64,000 nucleotides of DNA from positions 64,001-128,000 of the IMG/VR virus record IMGVR_UViG_3300014205_000181, one strand, 5' to 3'. The notes under the pieces were generated by a model that saw only the letters and a list, made by a program, of their open reading frames with translations, was not told where the DNA came from and made no database searches. This document shows positions 27,182-37,692 of this stretch, one piece after another. The position numbers and the translations under genes were made by a program. Every line of letters begins with the position of its first letter. Position 1 is the first letter of the stretch. This stretch comes from a virus (lineage: Duplodnaviria; Caudoviricetes).

Positions 27182-28276
27182 TTAACTCTTCAAAGTACGC
27201 TTACGCCGAACAGGAGTTGGTTCAGGTTCTGGTTCCTGTACAGGAGGCTCGTTAGCAATCTTACACTCCATATTGATTGCGCACTTATCGCATTCCTCAT
27301 AATTGTCAAAATCAATTCCAAATTCTGCTTCAATAGGGCACTTCATTTCTCCGGTTTCTGTATTTACGCCGTTATCAGCATAGAGTGGAATATCATCACC
27401 CATTGAAGATTCCTGCTTCGCTTCTTGGACAGGAGGTTTAAGTTCTCTGCGATTAACAACAGGCTTATCGTCATCGGCACTACCACCAGTATTTTCCGTC
27501 TTACCCTTGGCAATGCTCATGATCTGTACGATCTTATCATAATCATGAAGAACGAGAAGATTGTCAAGAGCGTGAGCTGCTTCAATTTCTTCATCAGTAA
27601 TAATGTACTTCCGATCCTCAAAAACAGGAGGGGTTACTTCCCAATTGTCCCCAACCTTCTTTAGATTCATCCATACAGTCTTACCTTCATCTGGATCAGG
27701 GTACGGAATAAGACCACCACCACGGGGGCGCTTTGCTACTTCCTGCATCTTCTTCTCAAAGAAGAAGTGAGAATTTTCAAGAATCTGAATACCCTTCTTT
27801 TCTTCCTTTTCATCATTGCGGATGATTACATTATAAAGAACCCGGCGAGAAGGCCAAAGTTCAGCGTGATCTTTCTTGAAATCTTGGAATTCCTTCTTCT
27901 CCATTTGCCCTTGCTTGTACATCAGTTCAACACGCTTCTCACAAATCGGACAAGGGAGGTCATAGTTCTTCAACGGGCACACTACGGGCTTGTTAGAAGC
28001 ACCTACATTACGGTGAATCCAAACATCAAGAATATAAGTCAAGTCTCCTTCATTGATATTATAATCCTTAGTAGGGTAATTTGAGCCAGCCATAAATGGG
28101 ATAATATCAAACCCTAATTCTAGCCCTGCTTCAGTTGGCTTAACCATATATGAGAAAACCCCTTCAGGTACGTTGAAATAAGATTCATAATCGTTTACGC
28201 CACGATCCTTCGCCTTGTTCTGTTCCTCAATTCGCTTCTTGAGTTGTCCTTGCATCTGTTTCCGATCAATTGCCAT
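27182..28276 (-). CDS. Single-stranded DNA-binding protein (gp32-like)
   Basis: 'IHRNVG...VCP......CPICE', 'RVLYNVI', 'DPDEGK', acidic C-terminus, replication context. Confidence 0.75.
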   Translation of the reverse strand: MAIDRKQMQGQLKKRIEEQNKAKDRGVNDYESYFNVPEGVFSYMVKPTEAGLELGFDIIPFMAGSNYPTKDYNINEGDLTYILDVWIHRNVGASNKPVVCPLKNYDLPCPICEKRVELMYKQGQMEKKEFQDFKKDHAELWPSRRVLYNVIIRNDEKEEKKGIQILENSHFFFEKKMQEVAKRPRGGGLIPYPDPDEGKTVWMNLKKVGDNWEVTPPVFEDRKYIITDEEIEAAHALDNLLVLHDYDKIVQIMSIAKGKTENTGGSADDDKPVVNRRELKPPVQEAKQESSMGDDIPLYADNGVNTETGEMKCPIEAEFGIDFDNYEECDKCAINMECKIANEPPVQEPEPEPTPVRRKRTLKS

Positions 28277-28377
28277 TGTTCTTAATTCTCCCTTTTAATT
28301 ATGATAAAAAATTTTATGTAATTTCCACTTCATTCAGATTACCGGATGTTTTCAAAAACAAACATTTGTCGCGCACA

Positions 28378-28596
28378 TTATTTGTTTTCCTCTCCAATCG
28401 TCATATACCCTGTAATTGCACCAATCATAGGGACTAGACTAACCGTTCTAATTACCTCTGTTTTATACGGTGACTCAAAATCACAATCAATGAGTTTAGA
28501 GATATTTTGGCACCATCCAATAAAACCAATAACGATAATTGCGATAATGAGAATAATCCCACCAATACTGAATTTCTCTTCGAATGATAGTCCCAT
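28378..28596 (-). CDS. Small membrane protein
   Basis: Two hydrophobic segments. Confidence 0.6.
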   Translation of the reverse strand: MGLSFEEKFSIGGIILIIAIIVIGFIGWCQNISKLIDCDFESPYKTEVIRTVSLVPMIGAITGYMTIGEENK

Positions 28597-28600
28597 GATT

Positions 28601-28783
28601 TTAATCCTTCTTTACAGATTCAGCACGCCAATCCTTCATTAGCTTCGCAATTGCTGAACTTGCCTTCCGGCTACGCATACCAGCAGCAGCGTTTCCTTTC
28701 TCTACACGCTTCTGCGCTTGCTCGTTAAACTCCTGCATCATTTCGTTGATCTGTTCCAGTAGTGCCTTAAGATTACTTTCCAT
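28601..28783 (-). CDS. Histone H1-like (Hc1 family) nucleoid protein
   Basis: 'KGNAAAGMRSRKAS..IAKLMKDWRAES' matches the GNkAAgxRaRK motif. Confidence 0.75.
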   Translation of the reverse strand: MESNLKALLEQINEMMQEFNEQAQKRVEKGNAAAGMRSRKASSAIAKLMKDWRAESVKKD

Positions 28784-29027
28784 TTTGTTGCTCCTTTTCT
28801 TTTGTTGTTTTTAAGTTCTTTATTGAACTTTCTTTAAAATCTTGTAATGCTAAATAATAACTTAGTTTTTGCTGATAATAATTAAAATATTTAACATTAT
28901 AGAATGTTCCAATTACCTCCTTATAGATTTTTGGTATAATATGAAGAATAACGATCCCCAAAATTATACCCGCCAATACCCATATCCAAGGGTTTGAAAT
29001 TAGGAATTTATTGATTAGTTCTTGCAT
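28773..29027 (-). CDS. Small membrane protein
   Basis: N-terminal hydrophobic segment. Confidence 0.5.
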   Translation of the reverse strand: MQELINKFLISNPWIWVLAGIILGIVILHIIPKIYKEVIGTFYNVKYFNYYQQKLSYYLALQDFKESSIKNLKTTKEKEQQNGK

Positions 29028-29028
29028 A

Positions 29029-29280
29029 TTAAAAAGGACAAGTATTATAAATTTCGTCTAGTTTTGAATCTGCCCAATGGAACAAATCTTCTGTAATATC
29101 TTTACTGCTGTCCCACTTCTTGGTATCTACTCCATCATGACTTTCCGCAGCATCTTCCATAGCTACCCAAGAACACCCTACGGCACCATAAAACATTTCT
29201 AATTCTTGTACTGTTTCAAATACGATGCTTAATTCAATTGGCTTAAATCCTTCTTGCGCTTCTTTAGAATTAATTTTCAC
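29029..29280 (-). CDS. Hypothetical protein, paralogue of 29792-30031
   Basis: Shared 'F.PI.L.I.FET..ELE.FYG...KWD...F.WA..KL'. Confidence 0.65.
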   Translation of the reverse strand: MKINSKEAQEGFKPIELSIVFETVQELEMFYGAVGCSWVAMEDAAESHDGVDTKKWDSSKDITEDLFHWADSKLDEIYNTCPF

Positions 29281-29792
29281 TTTTCTCTCCTTTTAAGTGT
29301 TCTGTTTGGTTGTTTTGTTGGACTTGTTGTTTCTTGTTTAATCGGTTGCTCGTTTGAACCTCCAGCACGGTCAGTGGAAAAATATTGTGCGCTCCACATT
29401 TTGAACAATAAGTCGATCTGTTTTGACTTGTCCAAAAGAGAATAGTGAAAATTTTGGAACAAGTCAGCATTCGTTTTAGCATCTGCATATTCTAATCGTT
29501 TATGGACTAATTGTTCAAACATTTCAATATATTCTGGATTATTGTAAGCTGTTGCATCAGCAGCTTTGTCAGTAACCTTTTCTTGCTCTTGTTTTGCTTT
29601 CACAAACAACTGGAGTCGTAAAACTTTGAGGGAGTCTTCGATATTCTTTATCTGTGCTTCTAGCTTATTGGATGCCTTATTATATTCATGCCACTCATGA
29701 TCATATAGTGTAATTGTATGGGAAATATTCTGTGATTCAATGTGAAGATTATAAAGGTCGATTTTTGAATCCACTTCCGGTTTTAGTTCCAT
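29277..29792 (-). CDS. Coiled-coil protein, possible UvsY-like recombination mediator
   Basis: Helical with 'KVTDKA', located near SSB and RecA. Confidence 0.45.
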   Translation of the reverse strand: MELKPEVDSKIDLYNLHIESQNISHTITLYDHEWHEYNKASNKLEAQIKNIEDSLKVLRLQLFVKAKQEQEKVTDKAADATAYNNPEYIEMFEQLVHKRLEYADAKTNADLFQNFHYSLLDKSKQIDLLFKMWSAQYFSTDRAGGSNEQPIKQETTSPTKQPNRTLKRREK

Positions 29793-30031
29793 TATTTTAG
29801 CCCTTCCAACTTATTATTCGCCCACCAAAACATCTGCATTTGGAACACTTCTAGCCGATTATCATCCCACTTATTAACTTGACATTTACATATTGACCAT
29901 TCTTTAATGGTAGCAATTGATGCGTTTGTCATTCCATAAAAATATTCCAATTCTTCTCTTGTTTCAAACGTAATGTTAAGTGTAATTGGCTCAAACTGTT
30001 TAGTATCTACTTTCGTTTCTGAAATTTTCAT
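29792..30031 (-). CDS. Hypothetical protein, paralogue of 29029-29280
   Basis: See 29029-29280. Confidence 0.65.
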   Translation of the reverse strand: MKISETKVDTKQFEPITLNITFETREELEYFYGMTNASIATIKEWSICKCQVNKWDDNRLEVFQMQMFWWANNKLEGLK

Positions 30032-31338
30032 ACCAACTCCTCCAATGAGTTTGCGGTTGATTTATCAAGTCTAACTGTTTTATAAATAGGCAAAAACAAA
30101 CTTTTAATATTACTATTCTCTTTCTCAATTATTTCATTATACTTCACCTCAACCACTTTGTCAATGAAGTATTCTTTAGGCTTTAACCTATCCTTATCTG
30201 TCAACCCTGATCCACAACCACATTCCAATTTACCACACGATGTTTGTAGAATTAAACTTCCTATCATATCCGGGTTTTTGGAATGTGGCTCAACCCCTAC
30301 ACACAGCAGGTCAGCAGATTTCTCAGCTTTGAGTTTAATGTGATTCTTTAATCGCTTGTTATCCCAAATAGAACTCTTTTCTTTAACAATACAACCTTCT
30401 AGTCCCTCTGATAAATATTCTTGAAAAATTACTTCTGCTTCATTCCAAGAATTAATTACTTGGGTATTAATCAATTCTATTTTGCAGAATTTTAATGGAT
30501 GATCCCAAATAGAATTAATCAATCCTATCCTATCTTCCAGCTCAGATAGTCTATAGTTGTATGGAGCGGTACATTTCTCATTCCAAAAATCATCTAGTGG
30601 AATCATATCCCACAATACAATGTGGATAAGTTCAGCTTCCTCTAAAGCAATCGTCCCTTTTATCGATTTGTTAATAAGGCCATTACTCTCTTTCCTCGGT
30701 AAAAGCTCTCCATCTCTATAACAAATAGCTTCTCCATCAAACATGAAATTACCAACACCCGCCATGCTAATAAATTCTTTTTCTAGACACCCTTTTAAGT
30801 CAATTAATTTCCCGTTCCTTGATCTAAAAGAAACATTCCCATTTTCTACAATGACACAAACTCTTAACCCATCCATTTTGGTTTGGATAAATGCCGGAAA
30901 TGAGATATTTTTTCTAGTCTTTTCATTATTCCTTTCGCACAATGCGACTGGGAATACTTTAATTAAGTTCGGCCAGATTTTATTAACTGTCTTGTAATCA
31001 ACCCCACAATCTGGATCTTTTCGGATGATTCGCTCGATAAGATTAGCGTTTTCTGGAATTATGCAAGATAAAATTCGGCATAGATAATTAATACCCATAT
31101 CTCCAGTATATTCCCTACTAGACAAACTATAAAGAGAATTCATTCCCCATGACAAAGATAAATTATCTTCATTAAAATACTTAGGGATTTTCTTAATATA
31201 AAATATTTCCTCTGGCGAAAGAGCTAAGTAAAAGAATACACGTAGTTCTTCATTATCTTTATGTTCTCTAAGTATTTCTAATTTAGCATTAGTAGAAGAT
31301 GTCTGTTCTAGTAATTTAATAATATCGTATACTTGCAT
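30028..31338 (-). CDS. ATP-dependent DNA ligase
   Basis: 'KMDGLR', 'SRNGK', 'FDGE', 'EGCIVK', 'KLK', 'SLFLPI...RLDK'. Confidence 0.95.
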   Translation of the reverse strand: MQVYDIIKLLEQTSSTNAKLEILREHKDNEELRVFFYLALSPEEIFYIKKIPKYFNEDNLSLSWGMNSLYSLSSREYTGDMGINYLCRILSCIIPENANLIERIIRKDPDCGVDYKTVNKIWPNLIKVFPVALCERNNEKTRKNISFPAFIQTKMDGLRVCVIVENGNVSFRSRNGKLIDLKGCLEKEFISMAGVGNFMFDGEAICYRDGELLPRKESNGLINKSIKGTIALEEAELIHIVLWDMIPLDDFWNEKCTAPYNYRLSELEDRIGLINSIWDHPLKFCKIELINTQVINSWNEAEVIFQEYLSEGLEGCIVKEKSSIWDNKRLKNHIKLKAEKSADLLCVGVEPHSKNPDMIGSLILQTSCGKLECGCGSGLTDKDRLKPKEYFIDKVVEVKYNEIIEKENSNIKSLFLPIYKTVRLDKSTANSLEELV

Positions 31339-31413
31339 TTTGCCGATCCTGTTGCCGATGTTTATTGAGTGATTCTATATACTTATTTTGTAAAGTAATG
31401 ATATTTTTGCCGA

Positions 31414-31761
31414 TTAATCAACAATCTCAATTCCGGGACAATATTTACCCTTAAATGATTTGAACTTAGTTTTAAAGAATCCGTCTTTATTTTCTTTGGG
31501 GTTATTCTTGTCAAATACCTTTCTCTTTAAAGAAATGGCAGCATGGCACAAACCCATAATAGCGAGTACAAAAATAAAAACAGATAAGTGAAGATAAAAA
31601 TCAACGAAGAGGTTTATGATGAAATTTACGATGAAACCGGTTCCAATAATTGGGAGGGCGATTTCCCAGAAATAATCACAAAAGTTTCTGGGAACTTTGT
31701 AGTTAAAGAAATTATAAATCTTCCAATGCCAACTACGCTTACTAACTTTAAAACAATCCAT
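31414..31761 (-). CDS. Membrane protein
   Basis: Two TM segments; likely start 'MDCFK' after an AGGAG RBS. Confidence 0.5.
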   Translation of the reverse strand: MDCFKVSKRSWHWKIYNFFNYKVPRNFCDYFWEIALPIIGTGFIVNFIINLFVDFYLHLSVFIFVLAIMGLCHAAISLKRKVFDKNNPKENKDGFFKTKFKSFKGKYCPGIEIVD

Positions 31762-31771
31762 TTGCTTCTCC

Positions 31772-32134
31772 TTAAAATTGATCTTTAAATTCAACGAACT
31801 CATTTAACGTATTCAATTCAAATCTAGTATTTATTTCATCTAATATAAAGTAAACATATTTTGACTTACTATCCCCTGTCTTTATAAGATTCCTTATAAT
31901 AGAAATTATATCCTCTTTCTTAATTGACGTTTGTGGCTTCTTCCTTGTTCTTTGTTTCTTTTTAGGATGATTACTGCATAAATTCCTGTACCATTCAGGA
32001 TTGCGGTTTTGGGCAACTCTTATCATTCCACCATCCATTGCGGTATTATGATCCTTACTTGGGATTAAAACAACATCTAAATAATTCTCACTGAATTCAT
32101 CTATCATTTCTTGTAGGATATGTGGAATAATCAT
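31772..32134 (-). CDS. Hypothetical protein
   Basis: ORF track. Confidence 0.6.
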   Translation of the reverse strand: MIIPHILQEMIDEFSENYLDVVLIPSKDHNTAMDGGMIRVAQNRNPEWYRNLCSNHPKKKQRTRKKPQTSIKKEDIISIIRNLIKTGDSKSKYVYFILDEINTRFELNTLNEFVEFKDQF

Positions 32135-33037
32135 TTACTTACTTATCATAATAATCAGATGGTTTCTCTGGCCTGCCTATGCAAAAATTACAATCTGGAT
32201 CGCCACATTCAATCTCAACCCATATATCACAAATTCGACAATATTTTGCATCATGTTCTTTACTATAGGATAATTCATGTTCACAATAATGGCAATAGCC
32301 GTAATCAGTTTCCATTTAATCTTCACAATGGTCATATTGTTGTTTGTAATCAAATCTTTCTTCTATATCTAAAGGTCTTTCGGTATATTTCCTTTCTCGA
32401 TATCTATCTGTGCTTCCACAAACTGGGCATTCTATAATGTATGTCATGTACCAATATTTATTAATCATTTGCATACCTCATAATATCCTCTTTCTTCTGG
32501 GAATAATCCGTTCTCGTCTAAGTCTCTTGAACAATCAGCACAGGCATATTTACCACATCCTAAATACCTAGCTGGTAGTGGTGCTTGTATTTTAGTATCG
32601 AAAATGGTACGGCATATTTGTCTTGCACAACATGAACAATATACTTTCATTTTAATCCACGCAATGGTCATCTTTTCGTATCTGGTCGCAATATAGGCAA
32701 GGGTGTTCGTCATCTCTATTACTATTATTTTTACACATATTACACGGTGAACAAAAGTCAGATTCTTCAATAAATCCTTGCTCAAAATAGACTTTTGTTT
32801 CAGCGTCTTCAAATCTCATCATAATTCCCTCCTATACCACACAAGTACTCATAAACCCCATTAAACTTAAATACCCTATGAACCTATCTCTGTGGTATTC
32901 GTTTGAGTAAGTTAATATCATATCGGAATAACCAATATCGTCTGCCATATGGTGAAGACAAAGTGCTTTATTAAACTCTTCCCTATCTTTAAAGGATATG
33001 GGATATGTTTTAAAAAGGTCTGGTGGGTTTTGCATGG

Positions 33038-33349
33038 TTATTTCCAGTATTTAAAATATTTGCAATTATTACCCTTTCTCGGCAGTTCAAGACATTTACA
33101 CATAAGAGACTTGATTTTAAACTCCCTACAGTTTGGACATTCTTGTTTTAAAACTATCCATTTCCCGTCCTTAAAATCTAATCCACCATTATAAATTGCC
33201 TCAAGAACAAATTCATCTAGTTTATATCCGCAACATTCAGAAGACAAAGAGCCTTCGACCCCTCCGCAAACATCACATACTCCAAGACCTCCACCACAAT
33301 ATACACACGGTCCTTCTCCACAATCACATTTATGCCATGTATGTTCCAT
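33038..33349 (-). CDS. Cys-rich hypothetical protein
   Basis: Multiple CxxC motifs. Confidence 0.6.
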   Translation of the reverse strand: MEHTWHKCDCGEGPCVYCGGGLGVCDVCGGVEGSLSSECCGYKLDEFVLEAIYNGGLDFKDGKWIVLKQECPNCREFKIKSLMCKCLELPRKGNNCKYFKYWK

Positions 33350-36300
33350 TTAAATGAATCCTCCCGTTCTTTCTAAAACATCCACGAATTTTTTAATCCC
33401 ATCCTTGAATGGTTTCTTAAAGTCTTCCGATTTCCACGATACCCAGCCAGGAGGGATCACGTATACAACCCAACAACTATTTTCTTCATTCCATTCACAA
33501 GTACCATTTTTACGGATTATACCCTTGTTCTCCTCACCAAAATATCCTAGCCCTGTGTTCCCAATACTAAGCACGAATCTGATATTTTCAAGTTCTTTCT
33601 TAAGATATCTTGAACCACATTCTTTGATCACTTTTATATCAGGCTTCTTACATGGACACTTAACAAATGACGTTCTGTGAAAGAATTCTTTTTCAAAACC
33701 GTACTTATTTAGCTCATTCCATAGGATATCGCCATCTCTGGATTCTAAGTATTTATTACTTTTAACTTCATCATAATTAGGAGCCTCGGTTATGATTGCT
33801 ACGTTATACTGTCCCGCGCTCTGTTGTATTGGATGCTCATTGCTTTTACACTTTACTCTTTGTGAGCAAGAAATGCAAGCTATTAATTCTGGATGGTTAA
33901 TTATTTTTTCGTCTTCTTTTAATTCTCTTCCGTAGTGATGTCCAATGAGATCAGCAGATAAGTAATTGTTTATATCTATTACTTCTTTATCACCTATTAG
34001 CGCATACAGGTTCTTGTATTTGTATTTATAGTTTAGAGTTATTCCCAAATCAAGGAAATAACTGTCTATTGTTTCTGGCAATTCGTCTTGTTCTGAACCA
34101 AAAGCTCCAATTTCCTGGAGAATTTTCAAAAGTTTATCTTTTAAGACGGGTTTTTCTTTCTTAAAAAATCCAGGTACTTGAGAATCTTGGTATTGTTTAA
34201 TTGTTTCTAAGATTTTCGGGCCGAGTCCTTTACATTCTGAGAAAGGTATTTCCAACCTTCCCTTTCTAGCTACCCAGTTATAAACATGACTGGTCTCTAG
34301 TTTTGGGGTCTGGATTTTTAAACCAAGGCGTTGTGCTTCGGTAATTAAATCATGTTTTTCAGCGTCACCACCATATGTCAATGATGCACAAATAAAACAA
34401 TCACTATAGTATAACTTTAGCCAAATAGTCCAATAAGCAATAATGCTGTAACAGATAGAATGTGATAGGTTAAACGAATAGTCCGCATGGTGTCCTAAAT
34501 CATCCCAGAATCTTTCCGCCTCTTCTTCGCTAAATGTTTTTTGTTCTAAACATCCAGAAATAAATTTATCCTTAAATTTCTCTAGTAGTGTTACATCTTT
34601 CTTCTTGGCTACAATCCTTCTTACTTCATCTGCTTCCGCTAGAGAAAAGCCAGCTATTTTATGAATCGTTTGAATTACTTGTTCTTGATAAAATATAACC
34701 CCGAATGTCTTTTGACATATTTCTTCATAAATTGGATGTTTTGGCTCCCACTTTTCCCCATTCTTTCTAGCGATATATGTATCTGTTGCCCCTGAATCTT
34801 GCGCTCCCGGCCTTACTCCGGCCACGACATCAGATAATTGAAAGATATCTTTTGGTTTCATCCTCTTCAAAAGCTGCTTAAGAGAGAATGTGTTAATCTG
34901 AAATCCACCTACCGTATTGGCATTAGAAATTTCTTCATATACTTTTTTATCATCAAGCGGAATTTTCTCAAGGATGATATCTTTGCCATGATTTTGCTTA
35001 ATTAAATCGATTGTCATAGCAAGAATACTCATTGCGTTAAGCCCCAAAATATCTAGCTTGACAAGCCCTTGTGCCTCACAATCGTTACCATCAAGACATG
35101 CTACTAACTGTCCATTACGTTCTGCTAGAGCCGTCCTAGTACCAAGACGTAGGTCTACGGGGCTAATTAGAGAAGCTGCTGCGTGACGGCCATAACTTTT
35201 GCATAAACCGGCCAACCTAGCAATGTGAATAGATGCCTCTGGGTACTTAGCTTTAAACTCTACCCCTTCTGCTGATTGAAAAGCAATTTCAATATTATCG
35301 GTTACAGATTTAGAAAATACATCTGCTTCTTTTAATGGAATTTCAAATGTCCTGCAAACATCTCTAATCGCACCTTTCGCCTCTATCTTCAAGTATGTAG
35401 AAATTCCACAAACATGGCCTTCCCCGTAAACATTTTTTAAATAATTTACTACTTGATCTCTTTTGTGGTGTTCGAAATCCAGATCGCAATCGGGCATGGC
35501 TCCTCGTCTTCCGGGGTTTAAAAACCGTTCGAACAAAAGTCCGAATACGATTGGGTCTACTTTAGTTATCCCCAACAGATAACTTATCAAGCAACCCGCT
35601 GCACTGCCACGGCCTGGGCCAGTTAAGATACCGGAATCATTACAAAAATTGACCAAATCATAAATTATTAAAAAGTATTTTATTACTCCAAAATCTTTAA
35701 TAACAGATAATTCATACTCAAATCTTTCTCTATACTCTTCAGTTACTACGTCTAGTTTATTTTTAAACCCTTCTTCGCATAGATCTCTTAATACCGTTTC
35801 TTCATCCATTCCCTTAAATTGTGGAGGTGTTGGAAGAATAATTTCTTTCTTATCTATCCTAAAACTTCCACATTTTTCTGCAATTTCTAATGTGTTATTA
35901 AATGCTTGTTTAATTTCTTCTGGATACAAAACCCCCTGATTGACAAATTGTTCATATAACTCTTCTGGAGTAGATAAAAAGAAATCAGAACCAGAAAATT
36001 TCCAGCGTGTTAAATCGCTCTTTAACTTTTTCGTCTGCATAGCCAGAAGAGTATCGTGAATGTCAGAATCTTCTTTATTTATGTAATGAGCATCGCTAGA
36101 TACGATAGTTTTAATTCCATATTTTTCTGAAAGATCCAAACATAAATTATTTGTAAGTATCTGTTTCTCATCTGAAAATGGCATCAACTCTAAGTATAAA
36201 TCGTCACCTATTTTTTTATATAATTTTTCTAAAAATGGAATGGAATCTTGTTGGTGTAGCCAAGACGCTGAACATGCCGTGCTAATACAAAGGCCCGCAC

Positions 36301-36685
36301 AATTATCCAGCAACATATCAAAACCTATCCTACCCATATAATAGAAATAATCCAGATTTGAAGAAGTTAATAACCTTAAACAATTCTCAAATCCTTCCTG
36401 CGATTTTACCCATACAGTACAGTGTGAGCGGAATTCTCCTTTTTCTTTTATTTCTGGATTGGGAACGATATAGAATTCTACCCCTTGAATGGGGATGATT
36501 CCAAATTTATCGCAAGCGGCTTGATGTTTGATAGCCCCATCCATGTTATGATGGTTGGTCAAAGCTAGGTGAGTGAAGCCAATTTCCTTTGATCTCTCGG
36601 CCCACTGCTCAGATGAAAACATGCCATCGAGCGGTGATAATTCGTTGTGAATATGGAGGGGGGTATATTTTAAATTGTTAATCAT
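33350..36685 (-). CDS. dnaE: DNA polymerase III alpha subunit with C-terminal uracil-DNA-glycosylase-like domain
   Basis: PHP 'LHIH..LS.LDG', 'GPGRGSAAGCL', 'LFERFLNP.R..MPDCDLD', 'KLDILGL', 'YQEQ', 'YSFNLSH'. The last ~180 aa resemble family-4 UDG. Confidence 0.93.
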   Translation of the reverse strand: MINNLKYTPLHIHNELSPLDGMFSSEQWAERSKEIGFTHLALTNHHNMDGAIKHQAACDKFGIIPIQGVEFYIVPNPEIKEKGEFRSHCTVWVKSQEGFENCLRLLTSSNLDYFYYMGRIGFDMLLDNCAGLCISTACSASWLHQQDSIPFLEKLYKKIGDDLYLELMPFSDEKQILTNNLCLDLSEKYGIKTIVSSDAHYINKEDSDIHDTLLAMQTKKLKSDLTRWKFSGSDFFLSTPEELYEQFVNQGVLYPEEIKQAFNNTLEIAEKCGSFRIDKKEIILPTPPQFKGMDEETVLRDLCEEGFKNKLDVVTEEYRERFEYELSVIKDFGVIKYFLIIYDLVNFCNDSGILTGPGRGSAAGCLISYLLGITKVDPIVFGLLFERFLNPGRRGAMPDCDLDFEHHKRDQVVNYLKNVYGEGHVCGISTYLKIEAKGAIRDVCRTFEIPLKEADVFSKSVTDNIEIAFQSAEGVEFKAKYPEASIHIARLAGLCKSYGRHAAASLISPVDLRLGTRTALAERNGQLVACLDGNDCEAQGLVKLDILGLNAMSILAMTIDLIKQNHGKDIILEKIPLDDKKVYEEISNANTVGGFQINTFSLKQLLKRMKPKDIFQLSDVVAGVRPGAQDSGATDTYIARKNGEKWEPKHPIYEEICQKTFGVIFYQEQVIQTIHKIAGFSLAEADEVRRIVAKKKDVTLLEKFKDKFISGCLEQKTFSEEEAERFWDDLGHHADYSFNLSHSICYSIIAYWTIWLKLYYSDCFICASLTYGGDAEKHDLITEAQRLGLKIQTPKLETSHVYNWVARKGRLEIPFSECKGLGPKILETIKQYQDSQVPGFFKKEKPVLKDKLLKILQEIGAFGSEQDELPETIDSYFLDLGITLNYKYKYKNLYALIGDKEVIDINNYLSADLIGHHYGRELKEDEKIINHPELIACISCSQRVKCKSNEHPIQQSAGQYNVAIITEAPNYDEVKSNKYLESRDGDILWNELNKYGFEKEFFHRTSFVKCPCKKPDIKVIKECGSRYLKKELENIRFVLSIGNTGLGYFGEENKGIIRKNGTCEWNEENSCWVVYVIPPGWVSWKSEDFKKPFKDGIKKFVDVLERTGGFI

Positions 36686-37692
36686 TAGTAACCTTTTAAT
36701 TTAAACAATACAGTACGACCATACAGCCGTTTTCACTCTCTACCATTGTACCATACGCTATTACAAGTAATCGCGTAATCTAGTGCTTATACAACATCAA
36801 ATACGGGGTGTCTCGCATAATGGTTGAAGATGTTAATTATTCAATACTTCATCCCAATTCTCAATCATACTCCATACTTCTTCATACATAGGCCAACTGT
36901 CTTCCACTACCACACATTTCAAATCATTCTTGCCGTCTTGGAATCTTTTGACTTCAATCTTTTTACACAACGAATCAAGAACACCTAATTCTTGATTCGT
37001 TAAATACTTACTAATATCCTTATTGCCAAGCACAGTATATCTAGTTTCTCTATTAAAATTTGCCATCTTCAACCCTCATTAGAGTAATTGCACTAAAATT
37101 ATTTAATCTCTCAATACTCAAAATCAACCACAAATTCATGCCCACATTTAGGGCACCAAACTCCTACATCCCTTGTCTCGCCAGTACATGATTCTTGAGC
37201 AGCAAAATCTCTGCCGCTCAAGAAATCGTCACCATCAAGCAAATCAACACACTCTCCGCAAGATTGGCAATCGCAATCAAGAGAAATGCTCCATATGGCT
37301 TCTATTTTATCTGACATGATTAACTCTCAACAAATATTGAAATGATTTTCTTTAAATACTTCAATAACCTTTAATCCATTAAATTATTGAACTCTTCCGT
37401 ATACCCACATTCAACACACCGATAAACATAGGTACTAGGGTTGCATTAATTGGAACCTTAATATGACGAGAATGATTTTGCTTCTTCTTTGGAAAAGTTG
37501 ACTTACTCATTGCTTTCTCCTAAATAAATTAGCTTAAGTTGATAAGATAATTCTAAATGATTTAAAAATTCCTTTTCTAATTCTTCATCATCCCACTTGT
37601 TATCAATAGTATTACAATCCCTTAGTGAGATAGCATATTCATGAATTAGGTTTGATGCGGCGTCGATTATTTCTTTATCTATCTTTGTCATT

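Noticed and set aside
32465-32812. 115-aa ORF as listed in the track
   Set aside because: The N-terminal part overlaps a better 58-aa ORF in another frame. The real gene probably starts at MKVYC near 32650.
36690-36830. Intergenic gap upstream of dnaE as an ncRNA or replication origin
   Set aside because: No convincing stems, iterons or promoter could be identified by eye.
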